From Schizochytrium sp. TIO01 (Eukaryota; Protista; Bigyra: Labyrinthulomycetes), in the NCBI GenBank assembly GCA_004764695.1, contig SMSO01000025.1, positions 5,496,862 to 5,560,861 on the forward strand: a stretch of 64,000 nucleotides of DNA, written 5' to 3'. Of the stretch, positions 34,151 to 47,006 are shown one piece after another. The notes beneath the pieces were generated by a model, which was given only the letters and a program-made list of their open reading frames with translations, did no database searches and was not told where the DNA came from. The position numbers were made by a program, and so were the translations under genes. How positions within the stretch are numbered: the first letter of the stretch is position 1; the number at the start of each line of letters is the position of its first letter.

Positions 34151-37100
34151 GCGCCGCACGGGCCGCTCGTCCGCGGCTCTGGAGCAGCCTCCGCCCCATT
34201 AAGTTTCTCGCTGTCATCGAGTATTGCAATCAAGAATGAATGCACTCACTCACTCACTTCCTTCCGTGCTTGCGTGTTGTGTGCTTGCGTGCTTGCCTGG
34301 TGTGGAGTCCACCCGTCTCCAAGGCCGGGTCATTTCCCTGTTACCAGCAGAAAACATGGCCAGAAGGCCGCCCTCGCAGAGGAGATCCATCGGTTCTATC
34401 CGCTGCTTGCGGAGCTGCCGTCGCTGGCTTCTTCTGCGGGCACTTGCACAGTTGGCAATCTCGCCCAGCGGGCGGGCATCTATTTTATCCATCCATCAAT
34501 GAATGCATCAATCAATCAGTCGTCGATCTCTTCCGATTGGTTCGACTTTGTCCTCGAGTCTGGCTTCTTCGCCAAACAAAGGGCCGTGCAACAGCTGCAA
34601 TTCTTACTTGCTTACTCACTTACCTTCATTCTGATTCCTGTTCGCTTGGATCTTCCCTCTTCTTTCTGCGGTGGTCGCTTGCACAGTGGAGAAAGGCGAC
34701 GAGAACCCAAAGTTTCCATTGTCGATTGATGTTCGCTCATCCATGATTAGTGGTGTCATTGTTCGAACTTCTTCTTCTTCTTTTCCTAAAGCTCCTTTTT
34801 AAAATAAGATAAATAAATAAACGAATTAAAGTTATAAAAAGTTCAGAAAATAACAAAAGAACTTCAAAGTTGTTAAAGATTGGTTAGTCACCACACTTAC
34901 TTATGAGGTAGTGGGCCTTCATTCATTCATTCATTCATTCATTCATTCATTCATTCATTAGGGCGAGTACGGGCATGCATATATGGACTCTAGAGGAAGA
35001 GAATGAATGAATGAATGGATGAATGAATAAATAAATACGACACGAAGTAAGCGGGGTCCGGAGCTCGTTTCTTCCTGGCGAGAGCCTGCTCGGCCGTCCG
35101 CTCGCACGCTCGAAGCGCGACGCTGTAAACGCTCTCGGCCGAAGGGCTTCAGCCCCCCTGCCGCGGTGCGACAGAACCTGGTGGTATTTCTAGGACCAGG
35201 AAAGGCGCGAAACGCGGAAGAGGCAAGGACCAGACGGGAAAGAGAAGAAAAGAGAGCGGGAGGATTGATTCATTGTTATTACTATTATTGTTTTGATTAA
35301 ATCTAAACTTAAAAAAAGATTTAAAAAATCGAAATTAAAAGAACTTTTAAATTAAAAAAAAGAAAAAGAGAAGAGATTATGATCAGAATTTATGGTCATG
35401 CGACTGATGAATTAATGAAATTCGTCATCGCGAGAGCGTCTAAGGTTCGCAGGGAGTACTCGGCGCCGGGCCCTTGCGCCTACTTGCTGATGGTGCTGAT
35501 TTGACTGGGAGGAGTTTGGCTCCTATTTTGTGGTCGCTTTGAGGCCTCAAAGGTGGCGAAGTTCTACGTTCCAAATTTCACCTTGTCGACGGTATTGGCG
35601 GGACCAAATGGGACGGTCAAAAGTGCCTACATGAGTCTTGGCAATCTCGTGCGGAGACAGATCAGAATGTCTTGCCGCCGAAGCGGCGTGGAGTGCTAGA
35701 CATACCAGCTACCTCAAGTGGTGCCCAGGGCCTTGCAGGGAGCTTGAAGAGGGCTTCCACCTCGGAGTGGATGGATCGTCTTCTGAAGTTCTCAAAGCGC
35801 TGCGTGTTAGATTTTGTGAGAACTGAAATCCCCGATCCCGACCCTGCTGCATGCATTCATGGGACAAAATTCCCGAGGACTTTGGCAACGTGATCCGAAA
35901 GCAAGTCCTCGCGAACGTCGCTTTCCGCAACCCAATTAGATACCATCTGTAAATTTCTAGTTGCTTTACTTCTCGCCTCAGTGGTAGGCAATAGAATAAT
36001 AAAAAACATGATCTCATCTTGAAGTCCTCGGAGTCTTACATACACTAGCTCTGGAATTTGCTTGTCTTCTAAGATATGCACTAGCAGAAGATCGTCTATT
36101 GATATCATAGGAAAGTCCATGCTGTGAAATAATGATAGCTGTCACGCCTTCCAGCTCCACTACAAGTAAAACAAGACTTGTAAATTAAATCTACGTGACA
36201 ACGACATTTGCATTGCGTCACGCCAAGTGTTGCTTCCGTCGATCGATTTAAGTCGAATGAGAGATTCGCCCTTTCGGCAATTCTTGTTTTTGTCTCCAGA
36301 GATGATGATGATGATGTCAGGCGTTTCCGAGACTAGCCAAACATTCTTTGAAAGTGATGCCGCCCACCATTGTGATTGATTCACTTTTGGAGGCGGTAAA
36401 CCCCACGGTTTGGCTTTTGGGGTTTCCGCATGCGAGAATACCCCCTGAAAACGACCATGTGTTAACCTCGCAAGATGGCGTCGGCGCGGCCGAGGGGAAA
36501 TTTTACAGGGGAGCCGAGAGCCATGTCTTGGAGCGGAGCGGTCGAGTCGGTTGCACAAAGCATCTTGTCGCAGCGCTTTGGGTCATCTTTGCGGAGCCAG
36601 CTAGCTTCAGGCATCCAGAAAATGCAGCCAGGTATCTCGGCGTCTATTCGTTTGTCGAGGCCGGCATTCATGCCCAAGATCGCTCCGCACGAGCTCATGC
36701 CGCTGCCTGAGACCCGCTTTGAGTCCGAGTCATTCTGGCCGACGCCCACACACGCACGGATCTCTCAAACCTGCTCTGCTAAGCTCAGGCCCATGCGACG
36801 AATGCACGCATCAGCGCCTGCGACGCCACGCACGGCTACTGCACAATTTGGTGCAAGACTTGGTTCAAACTTTGCATTGCAGCGCATCTTCCCGGGCATA
36901 AAGATAGACTGGTTGGCGCATGCATGCACGCATGGACGGAAGCGTCGACCGGCTGGCCACAGACGGGTCCGTCCGTCCGTCCGTCCGTCCGTCCGTCCGC
37001 AGAGTGGTCTCCCGGCCGCCCTGGTTTGCGCCACCATCATGCCACACAGACGTTGGAGCTTCTCCAATGCTCGGCTTGAATCCTGCTCCCTCCCTCATTC

Positions 37101-37776
37101 ATCGATTGATTCATTGATTGTTTCATTCGTTTCCGAATGCCGTGCTGGCGTGCTCGCTTCTAAGACGGCGCCGAGGAAGCTCGCCTACCTCCCTGCGTGA
37201 AGGAAGGGCAGCGGGCCTGATATCGAGGGCGGCAGTCTCGCCGCTGCGAGGGACGCTTTGAGCAGCTGGCTGCGTGAAGCAGCATCGACGCAGAGGAAGC
37301 GATGCAAAGGCACGCAAATCTTGTCACAAGCTCACAAATCTTCTCACAAACTCACAAACTCACAAACTCAAGAACTCACAAAAGCTTACAGACCTGCAAA
37401 AACTCGGGTTCGGCTTGCGAGGGGAGTTTGTTCGTTTGTTTATCTGCCGTCGATGTTGAAAGCGCGGACGGCCTGCCTGGTCTGCTGCTTCTGCTGCTTC
37501 TGTTTGTGGCTTGCTTGGCTGGCTCCGGGACCCAGGGGCCTGCAGCGTAGACTTCCCGTTGGGTTTCTTGGGCGATATGACCTGGAGGCGAAGGAGGGAG
37601 CTTCGGTCGCGCGTATCGTCATGTCGAAAGCGCTTCTTTGCTCGTGTCGTGGCGGTGAGAGGTCGATCACAAACTAAAAGTCAGTGTCCCTGGGCCGACT
37701 TGACTTCGATCGGCCTGAAATGAAGCGAATCGAAGCGAAACGGCGCCGCATGAAACGGGGCGTGCAACGTGCTACA

Positions 37777-37809
<33 letters not shown>

Positions 37810-38779
37810 AGCATGCAGCAAACCAGTTCAGCCAGGGCAGCTCAGGGACCAACGGCGCGAAATCCAAGTGCAAACCAGGCGACCGGGATGCAATGCCGTC
37901 CCGCGAGTCTCCCTAGGCAGACAACACGCGAGTCCGTTTGCTTGGCTGCGCTGCGCTGCGCTGTCGATCAGCCGGCACCGCCGCCCTGCATCTAAGATCG
38001 AAGGAAGCCGCTCCTCTGGTGGCGCTAATGGAATGGAAGCGTGTCAAAGCTTCCCGGCAGCGGCGATGCCTTACGCACGGCCATCCCTAATTCCGTGCAC
38101 AAATACATACATCCACACGAAGCAGCGGCATGAAAGCACGCAAATACGCGTGCCTACCGCGTGGACCCCTCGCGAAGGCGTCCCTCGAGGCGTCCTTCGA
38201 AGCGCCATTGACCTCGTGCGCTGTAAAAACTTGGTAAATTAATCTCCATCTTTCTTGCTTCCCTCTAATTCCCCGCTCTCATTGCAGATGCCGCAGCCGG
38301 CTCCTAGTGGCGGCTAGGCGACTTCTAGCGGGGACGCTCTTGACTCGAGCGAGGATTTCGATCGTCGCCGTGTTCAACGATGGGCGCGATGAGGTCTGCC
38401 GAAAGGTTTGTTCGTTTTGGCAGACTGACTGTCGTTGATGCGTGGCGTCGCTGAGGCCGCTGGAGCAGAGAGAAAGAGGCCCCGGATGACTCGCGTGGTC
38501 GCGAGCAGCGACGACGACGTCTGTTGTGCTGTAGTGCAGTGGCGGCTTGGTCCTCTTTTGGGGAGTCCTCCGTTTCCCGAGACGCGGCTTCTTGCTTGGG
38601 CGTGTGCCATTTATTTACTGATTCATTCATTTGTTGATTTGTTGATTTGTTGATTTATTGATTTGTTTAGTTATTGCTTCGTTCATGTGTTGTTGATTCA
38701 TTTGATGATTCATTTGTTTGCTTCATTCGACCCTCCCGACCTTGGAAGAGAAAGCAAGAAAGTCTTAACATACATAAAT

Positions 38780-38929
<150 letters not shown>

Positions 38930-39287
38930 GAGCATATCTTAGGTACAGAGAAGCAGCGGTGCGTTTTGCATTTCTCTGCATCCGTCGCCGTCGCAGTGGA
39001 GCTTGAAATGGACCAGCAGCAGTAGGAATTGGCCGCCTGTGAAATTGGGGTCGCGCGTGGAGAGAGGGTGAATCTTGCCCATTTGCATTCTCATTTGCAT
39101 TCGCATTCACTTCCACTGACGCATTTTCTGTCAGCGACAAGATATCTTGAATGGCAGAGAGATCAATCAAAAGACACAGACACCAATAAAAAAGTAAATA
39201 AATTTATAATAAATATTCACGAAATAGCTAAGTTAATGAATGACTAAATCGATAAAGAGAAAAGAAAACGATAGGAGGCCGTAGGTG

Positions 39288-39318
<31 letters not shown>

Positions 39319-42300
39319 TTGCCTTGTAGTTTCGGTGTGTGCGCATGGAAAAGCTCGAAACCAAGAAGATCGAAGGGCCGCTTTTAGGCTTCGAGACGCG
39401 GCGTGGTCCGCGAAGCATGAGCAAAAGCAGGTGCACATCGAGCTAGCTGACTATAGCTAGCTAGCTAGCTAGCTACTGCTGGCTGGCGACCGGCTGAGTG
39501 ATTGGATCTTCGTGATGCAGAAGAAGAAGAAACGCAAGTAAACGTCCGCCGCATCGGTGTTTGGCGTCACAGGTGATCGCCATTTATTAATTATTAATTA
39601 TTAATTATTAATTAAATTAATTAATTAATTAATTATTCGTCATCTCTCAATTACGAGAGAGAGAGAGAGAGAGAAAAAAGGATCAGAAGAAGATCGAGAA
39701 AACAACTCCATCGCCCATATTTGAGGATTCTGCTCGTGGACGCAAGTGAAAGTGAGTGAGTGAGTAAACTCGACGAGTGATAGATAAGTAATGCCGTGGC
39801 TCAGTCTCGAAACTGAAAATGAAGAGGAGGAGGAGGCAGCTTCTCACTCCCTCCCTCCACCCCTCCGGCTCAACCGAAGTCGGAAACGGGAAATGGATGC
39901 GCCAAAATCTTCTTTCTCTTTCGAGTTTCCAGCGCATTGAGACTTTCTTTCTCTCCTTCCTTCCTTCTTTCTTTCTCTTTGTCTGTCTGTGAAGCCATAG
40001 ATAGATAGATAGCTGAACCGACTTCGGCCCCTTTTCTGGCTTCCCATAGGTTTTCATGAATCAGTGGATCAATCACAAAATAGTATATGCGTAATGCAGA
40101 ATCGAACAACATTCTGAATGAAGATTAGATCTCTTGTTGACTTGTTCTTTCAGGGGCGCAGAGAGGGGAGAAAATTCACATGTGCGCGAGACTTGCCTTA
40201 GATCGATGTTGCAACAAACAAACAAACAAACAATCAAACAATCAAACAATCAAACAATCAAACAATCGAATGAGTGAATGTGAGAATGAATAATTGAATA
40301 TAACAAACAATGAATGAATGATGTATCCTGAATCCAAGATCGCCAGGCAGGCACTCTTCGGAGGGCTTCGGACGCCGGTTCTGCACTAAAGAGAAGAAGC
40401 ACATCCATCCTTCGGGTCTGTCTGAACATGGCGCAAGCAGCAGCAGCAGCAGCAGCAATAGCAGCAGCAGCAGCAAACTCGACGGGAGTGAAGGAGCGAA
40501 TGGATGGTGGATGGATGGATGGATGGATGGATGGATCGTTTCTCTTCGAGCGCATCGACACAGCGCAGTCCCTCCGTTTATGGCGCAACTGATGGAGGAG
40601 TGAGTGTTCGAAGGTGCTCTTTTGCCCGCCACTCTTAGGCGGCGCTCTATGTCCAGTTAAAGCAGGGATCGATTAGTACTAGTTTGGAAATGAATCAAAT
40701 AAATAAAGAAATAAGTAAACAAACACATGGATGAATGAGAAAACAAGGAGGGAGTGAATGAATGATACGAAGCTTTTATTGTTGTTTATCTGTTATCTAG
40801 AGTTTAAAAAAGAAAAAGAAAAAGGGGGAAATAGCAGGCCAGGAACGTTAAGTAGCAAAGGTGGTCATGAGTGGAGCATAAACTACTTTGTGGCACGGCG
40901 GACACGTTCCGTCTAGGTCCCGGAAAGGACAGAAAGAAAGTAAGAAAGAAAGAGAGAGAAAGTTCCGCCTCACGGAAGCAAAAGCTAAGTGTGGAGAAAG
41001 AGTGCCGGACAGCCATTTAACAGGGAAAGAAGATTATATAAGCGATAGTGTACCCACACTGACCTTACCTTCTAAAGTCGATCTTATCGTCTCATTCTTT
41101 AAATTGAAAGAGAGGGCGTTAACTATTCAACCCAATCAAGTCATTCTTTTCAAAATGAAGAAATAAATTAAAAATGTTTCTTAGACGCCAGAAAAAAAAA
41201 AAAAAAAGAAAAGAAAAAAGAAGAGAAGAAAAACATGCCCACCCAAAAATATGTTTGCAAGGCAGGCAGGCCTCCATAGCGAATCATATTGCGATAGATG
41301 GGGAAGCTGACATCCCCAGTGAGAGAGGACCAGCCATTCGCTCTTGTGTTCGTAATGAAGCGTCCTTAGAGGCAATCTCGTCATTCTCGCTTATTAGCAC
41401 ATACCATCTGATCAACAAACAACGCGAGCAACTTCAAAATAAATCTTAATTTTAAACAACAAAAAAACTTCGTGCTGCCTACTATTCTTATTGTTGTAGA
41501 AGTAAAAATAACTATTAAAAAAAACGAAACTAAATAATATTTTGGCGGCCGCAGACACTTCTGGAAGCCGATGTTTTCAGTTCACTGTGGGGATACCACG
41601 CGACGGATCCGTCCCCATGCCCTTGCTGGACTCATAATGTGATGAGGTGTCCGCGACCAGTACCTAAGCTACTAGCTTCAAGTTTGTTGGAAGCGGGACT
41701 AACATTCTCACCGACTTCCACACTCTCCCCTCTAAAGCGATTTCCTTCTCCAGCAAACCAAAGCTACAGCTTTCGGTTGTTTGGCGCCTTACCCACAGCT
41801 ATGCCAGCAAGCGGGGACGTTGAGCTCCGGTCTTTCGTGCCTCTCCGGAGTAGCAGCCTTAATATGGCAGCGCAAGAGGGAAAACATGATCAGAGAGTCT
41901 GTTGTGTGGCGCACTCTTTCGGCCAAAAACACGGTTTGCAGGAGCTCTCTCTCAGTGAGGTGGAAGAGGAGCTCAATTTGGCAGCGAAGTGAAGTCTCGA
42001 AATCGCGGAATCATGTGTCTCGCTACCCTTTTCAAAACTACAACTTTGCATAACTTTGGACAAGATGCATTTGCTTTCGTGATTAAATAACAAATTCAGT
42101 ATTTTTATTTACAACTTGAAATTTAGGTTTTGAAATACAAATTGAATAGTTTTTTTTTTTCAAAATAAAAATAAAATAAAAAATTAAACAATTTAAATTT
42201 AAACTTAAAGAAGTTCTTAATTTTAATTTTAAATACTATTTTTAATTTTATAAAAAAAGTATGTATATTTTAAATCTTAAAACTTTAGTATAATAATAAT

Positions 42301-43325
42301 AATAATTGAAATAATAAATAATGAAAAGTTTTGAACCAATTATTGTTTGTTCGTTCAAGTTTGTTTGTTTGTTTGTTTGTTTGTTTGTCTAAATTTGCCT
42401 TTCCAGCGTGTCATTAAAGCTGTACGCGATACCCAGTTCTGACCTTCGCTTGCGCGCTCTCAAGCTCTTGAATGCATGCGGCTTTTGTCTCAATCGATTG
42501 CTTTTCTTGCCCTCCTTCTTCTTTTCCAATGATGAAGAAGGCCCTTCTTCGCCGTTGACTTTCCCAGTCCGAATGAATGTACGTACTTCTTCATGTGGCG
42601 CGGACGTGATTCGTTCTTGTAAGTGTGCGAAATGCGCTAGCTAGCTAGCGATTAGGCTAAGAGGCGCCTAAGTAGCTTCTGGAGACGCACATGGGTGGGC
42701 ATCCTTGTGCCCTAAGATGGTGCTAGTAGGGAGGTAGCTAGGTAGTACCTTGAAGGGCCCATCCTATCAATCCTGACGATCAATCCTAACAATGAATCAA
42801 AGACTCAACGAATCACCAATGGGTTTTGGATAGCTTATTTGTTCTAGTTTGAAGTATTGCTGCTGACCGGAGAGATTGTTCGCGCTTTGTACCTACAGAC
42901 AAGGAATCTTGGACTTGGGATGTCTATCGAAGCTGCTGTTGCGCAGAGACCTCCAGTTTCCTTTCCCGCTCTGCAGACTCTATCTAATAAGTTGGCCAAT
43001 TGCGTTTTCAATCGATCGATCGATCGCCGTTGAGGCGTTTTTGGTGCATTCATTCCGAGGAAAGAAAATCTTGGGTGGAGTTGAATAAAATGCGATTTGC
43101 CAACCAATGAATTCAGAAGCAGAGTATCGGATTGCGAGCGCCCTCAGATTCGATGACAGCGCCGTAAGAGAGGACCGATTCCTAGAGAGAGGCGGAGTAT
43201 TGTCTGCCTTCATGCGAGGTCACGCATTATGCCATCATATGTCTGGGTACAAACAAACTCACCATTTCGGCAATAACTGCGCTGTTTGGCCTTCGATCTT
43301 GAGATAGAGAACAATGCATCGTTAA

Positions 43326-43378
<53 letters not shown>

Positions 43379-44098
43379 AGGAATAGCCCCAAAACCGGCT
43401 ACATACAAACAGCGACTTTTGCAATTTAATTAAAAACAAACAAACAAACAAACAAAAAAGAAAACAGAAACACACACGCAAAAAGATTAAATATTAATTT
43501 ACAGCAAACAATCAAAGCGCCTTCAATCAGTTACTTATACTTCCAAACTAACTAACTAACTCTTCAGCAGATGAACACATGTATTTTGGAAATGCTCGCT
43601 GCCATGAAATGCTCCTCAGTCAAGACGTAAAAAGGAAGGGGAAAAAGGCTGAAGAAGAGCAAAATCATTAACTGATTGAAATTATTGCTATCATTCATTC
43701 TCTACCTGAACGAGAGACTTGGAAACTAACCAAGTAACAAACAAACGAACAAACAAACATAACATAGCTTAACATAACATAACATAAGATGCACAACAGA
43801 GCAAAAGAGGCCTGGGACGCTTCCTTGGCCGCGTCCGGAATTAATTCCTCCGTGTGGTGAACTGCCGCCATCTCCGCCGTGGTCCTTCCTCTCTTTCAGC
43901 CTTTCGGGCGCTCCCTCCCTCCCTCCCTCCCTTCTTTCCCAGACAGAGCCTCTCTGTCAACTGCTTTATTTCTGGTCCAAACCGGGGCGCTCTCAGGACG
44001 GAGTCCGAAGGGGTACGAGAGTGAGAGAGGAAAAGAGCGAAAGAAAGTCTTCTTCACTTCATTCATGCTTCGTTCATAAGTAAACATAGGCATAATCG

Positions 44099-44138
<40 letters not shown>

Positions 44139-44428
44139 ATCATTGACTGGCCCGTTCTATTCGGAGATGGAACGTTCCACCGTGTCTTCTCTCGCAATTG
44201 CACGCACGGTGACAATTACGCGCAATTGTCACAGATGAGCGAGCGCGGCTCCTACCGCGCCTAAGAAAGTGCTACCGGCTCCTCTGCGCCTCGGTGTTTT
44301 TCCTTCTTTCTTTCTTTCTTTCTCTCTGCTCGAGTTCGTGCTCGTTTTGGCGACTCGAGTCCGCCCAACCCACTCGGATACCGACCTGCCGCTGTCTCTT
44401 GGCAGCAGAGAGAACGGCGGTGGCCGTC

Positions 44429-44471
<43 letters not shown>
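44429..44471. repeat. (TTAG)n microsatellite
   Basis: About 10 units read directly. Confidence 0.9.
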
Positions 44472-44472
<1 letters not shown>

Positions 44473-45197
44473 GTTTGTTTGTTTGGTTGGTTGATTCCAC
44501 GCGCTGCGTTCTTGGCCGCTCTGCGAGAGAAAGAGAGAGCTCGTGGCATCCGCACATTTGTCTCCCGGTGGCCGGCGCTTCCTCCTCTTTCACGATGAAG
44601 TTTGCTTATCTCTCTATCTATCCATCCGTGTATTTCATTTCTGAAGCCTCTTTCGCCGCAGCTCATCTTCTCCAGGTCTGCGGTAGATAAAGCAGACTCG
44701 AACCATGAAGCCGCTCTTCAGAGTTTGCAGAGACGAAGGTAACGTGAAACACATCGCCTGAGAAAGTAAAGTAGTGTTGGAGGGATGGATGAGCCGCGCC
44801 AAACGGACTGAAAGGAGCAGGACCGTTCCCCACACGATCTGCGGACCACTTGCGGAACCGGCGGCTGATCCAGCCGTACGAGTGCCATCCATCATCATTT
44901 GACTTGCAATCAATCTCTCGCTCATACCCCGGCAATCAGTTCGTATCAACTTACTTACTTACTTACTTACTGACCCACCTACCTGCCAGGCAGCCAGGCC
45001 ATCAGCCAGCCAGCTAGGCACCAGGGCAGGCGTCTGGTGCTTACTTCCCATCCATGCCATCCACAGAATCCTAAACCAATCACATTCACACATACAGACA
45101 TACTACTTCTCTCCTTTCCATAGTCAACGCCCAAAGCATCGCCAGTACACACCTGAAGAAGAAAAAGAAAAAGAAAAGAAAAAAAAAAAGAAAAGGA

Positions 45198-45281
45198 GAA
45201 GAATGAAGAATGAAGAATGAAGAATGAAGAATGAAGAATGAAGAATGAAGAATGAGGAATGAAGAATGAAGAATGAAGAAT
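45198..45281. repeat. (GAAGAAT)n heptanucleotide repeat, ~12 units
   Basis: Read directly; one variant unit GAGGAAT. Confidence 0.9.
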
Positions 45282-46310
45282 GGAAAGGCAGCTAGTTAGT
45301 TAGTCAGCGGAGTGCCTGCGCGCCTGCGTGCGGCTGGAGATAGTAGCGGCTGGCGTTCGCGTCGGCTGGCGGAAGCTGAGGCAGGCAGGTACTAGGGCGA
45401 CCTGCGAAGGAACGTGCGTCCCCGATCGCGAAGGCCGCGGTCGACGCTTCCCTCGAGGCTTTCCGAAAGCACTGCTGGTTTCCCTCCCTCCTTCTCCTTC
45501 TTCCCGTCTGCTTCTCTTTGGTCCTCCTTTGGCGTTGCTGCGATAGGATTATTGATCTTTATACAGACAGGGATGCCGTAGCTACAGCTACCGTCAGCTA
45601 GCCAGAGACTAGCCATCTAGGAGGGGACTAGCGAGGCAGGCAGGCAGGGGCCAGATAGGCGTTTGTGTAGGAAGGGCTACCTACAGAGTACCTAGGGGTA
45701 CTAAGGGCGAGGGCTGGTGGTAGCTGGTGGTAGGCCGGTGCTAGCGGTAGGGGCTACTAGGTGGAGGATAGGAGGCGGTAGGGTCGTGCGATCGGGATTT
45801 TCACTCGTTTGTTTACTTTAAGAGATTATAAAAATATCTGTTTGCGATTTGGAAAAAATGAAAATTGAAAAACGATAAAAAGTAATAATAGAACAGGTTG
45901 GCTGATTTGTTGATCGGTTTTGGGCATTTGGTTGGAGTTTCTTCGCCTTATTCGGCTCAAGAGACGCCTCTCAGGCAAACAGACTCAGCTCGACACGGGT
46001 GTGGGCTGTTAGGATGGCGGCCTCACAGACGTCTATATACACAACACAAACAGAAATACATACACGTACAAGTAGGCATGATAGAAATGCATGGATGAAT
46101 TCACGAATGAGTTCCGCTGTCAAAAGGCGGGCGACGCTATGATTGGAGTTATTATTATTATTATTATTATCTAAATAAATTGAAATTATTAGGTAGTCCT
46201 AGAGGTGATAATGATACTTTCTTTCGTGTAAAGTTACTAACTTACTTTAAAAAACCAAAAAAAAACCAAAAAACAGGAACTTGTGAAAGAAACTTTTACA
46301 AAACCAAAGA

Positions 46311-46346
<36 letters not shown>

Positions 46347-46935
46347 AATCACGAGAAAAGAAGAGAAAGTAGAATATTCATCTATCTCATAATAGCGTAC
46401 CCTTCGCACCTACTTCTCTCAAGAAAGAAGCAGCATTCGCTTTTGATGGATTGACTCTAAAGGCCTTCATTTTTCGTTTCGAGAGCTTGGGCCTCAGACA
46501 GAGAGAGGCAGAGCGGCGTTGAGGCCGCAGAGACAGAAGCATAAGAAGGAGAAGATACTCAGGGGCCTGCGCCTAACTTGAGGACGCGGTCCCACTTTGC
46601 ACGCGAGCGCACGCTCCGGGGCTGTCGGGACTACTGCGTTACATTTCGATTAGTTTATTTCGAACGCATCGAATCAAGCTGTCCTTTCTTTCTTTCCACG
46701 AACTAATTCGAAATTGTTCAAATGAAAGAATGAATGAATACGAATGAGTGAAGGAGTGAGTGCGTGAGTGAGTGAGTCAGGAAGGAAGGAAGGGAGGAAG
46801 GAAGGAAGGAGTGAGCAAATAAAAGGCCCTTCGCTCTGTCCTCTGTCCTCTGTCCTCTGTCCTCGCGGTTTTTATCCTGAACGAACTCGAACGAAACGAA
46901 AAAGTGGACCGAAAGGAGGAATCAGCTTTAGCCTT

Positions 46936-47006
46936 ACAAACAAACAAACAAACAAACAAACAAACAAACAAACAAACAAACAAACAAACAAACAAACAAA
47001 CAAACA
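46936..47006. repeat. (AAAC)n microsatellite
   Basis: About 17 units read directly. Confidence 0.9.

Noticed and set aside
35662-36558. Three same-frame minus-strand ORFs (36160..36558, 35857..36120, 35662..35856) suggesting a pseudogene or readthrough gene
   Set aside because: Several mixed TAG/TGA stops and no recognisable protein motif; cannot be supported without a homology search.
37150-37160. GTGCTCGCTTC matching the 5' end of U6 snRNA
   Set aside because: Only 11 nt match; no ACAGAGA box or remaining U6 sequence follows.
45198-45281. Regular short repeats here and elsewhere as CRISPR or telomeric arrays
   Set aside because: Head-to-tail units without unique spacers, no cas genes, and an internal location in eukaryotic DNA; ordinary micro/minisatellites.
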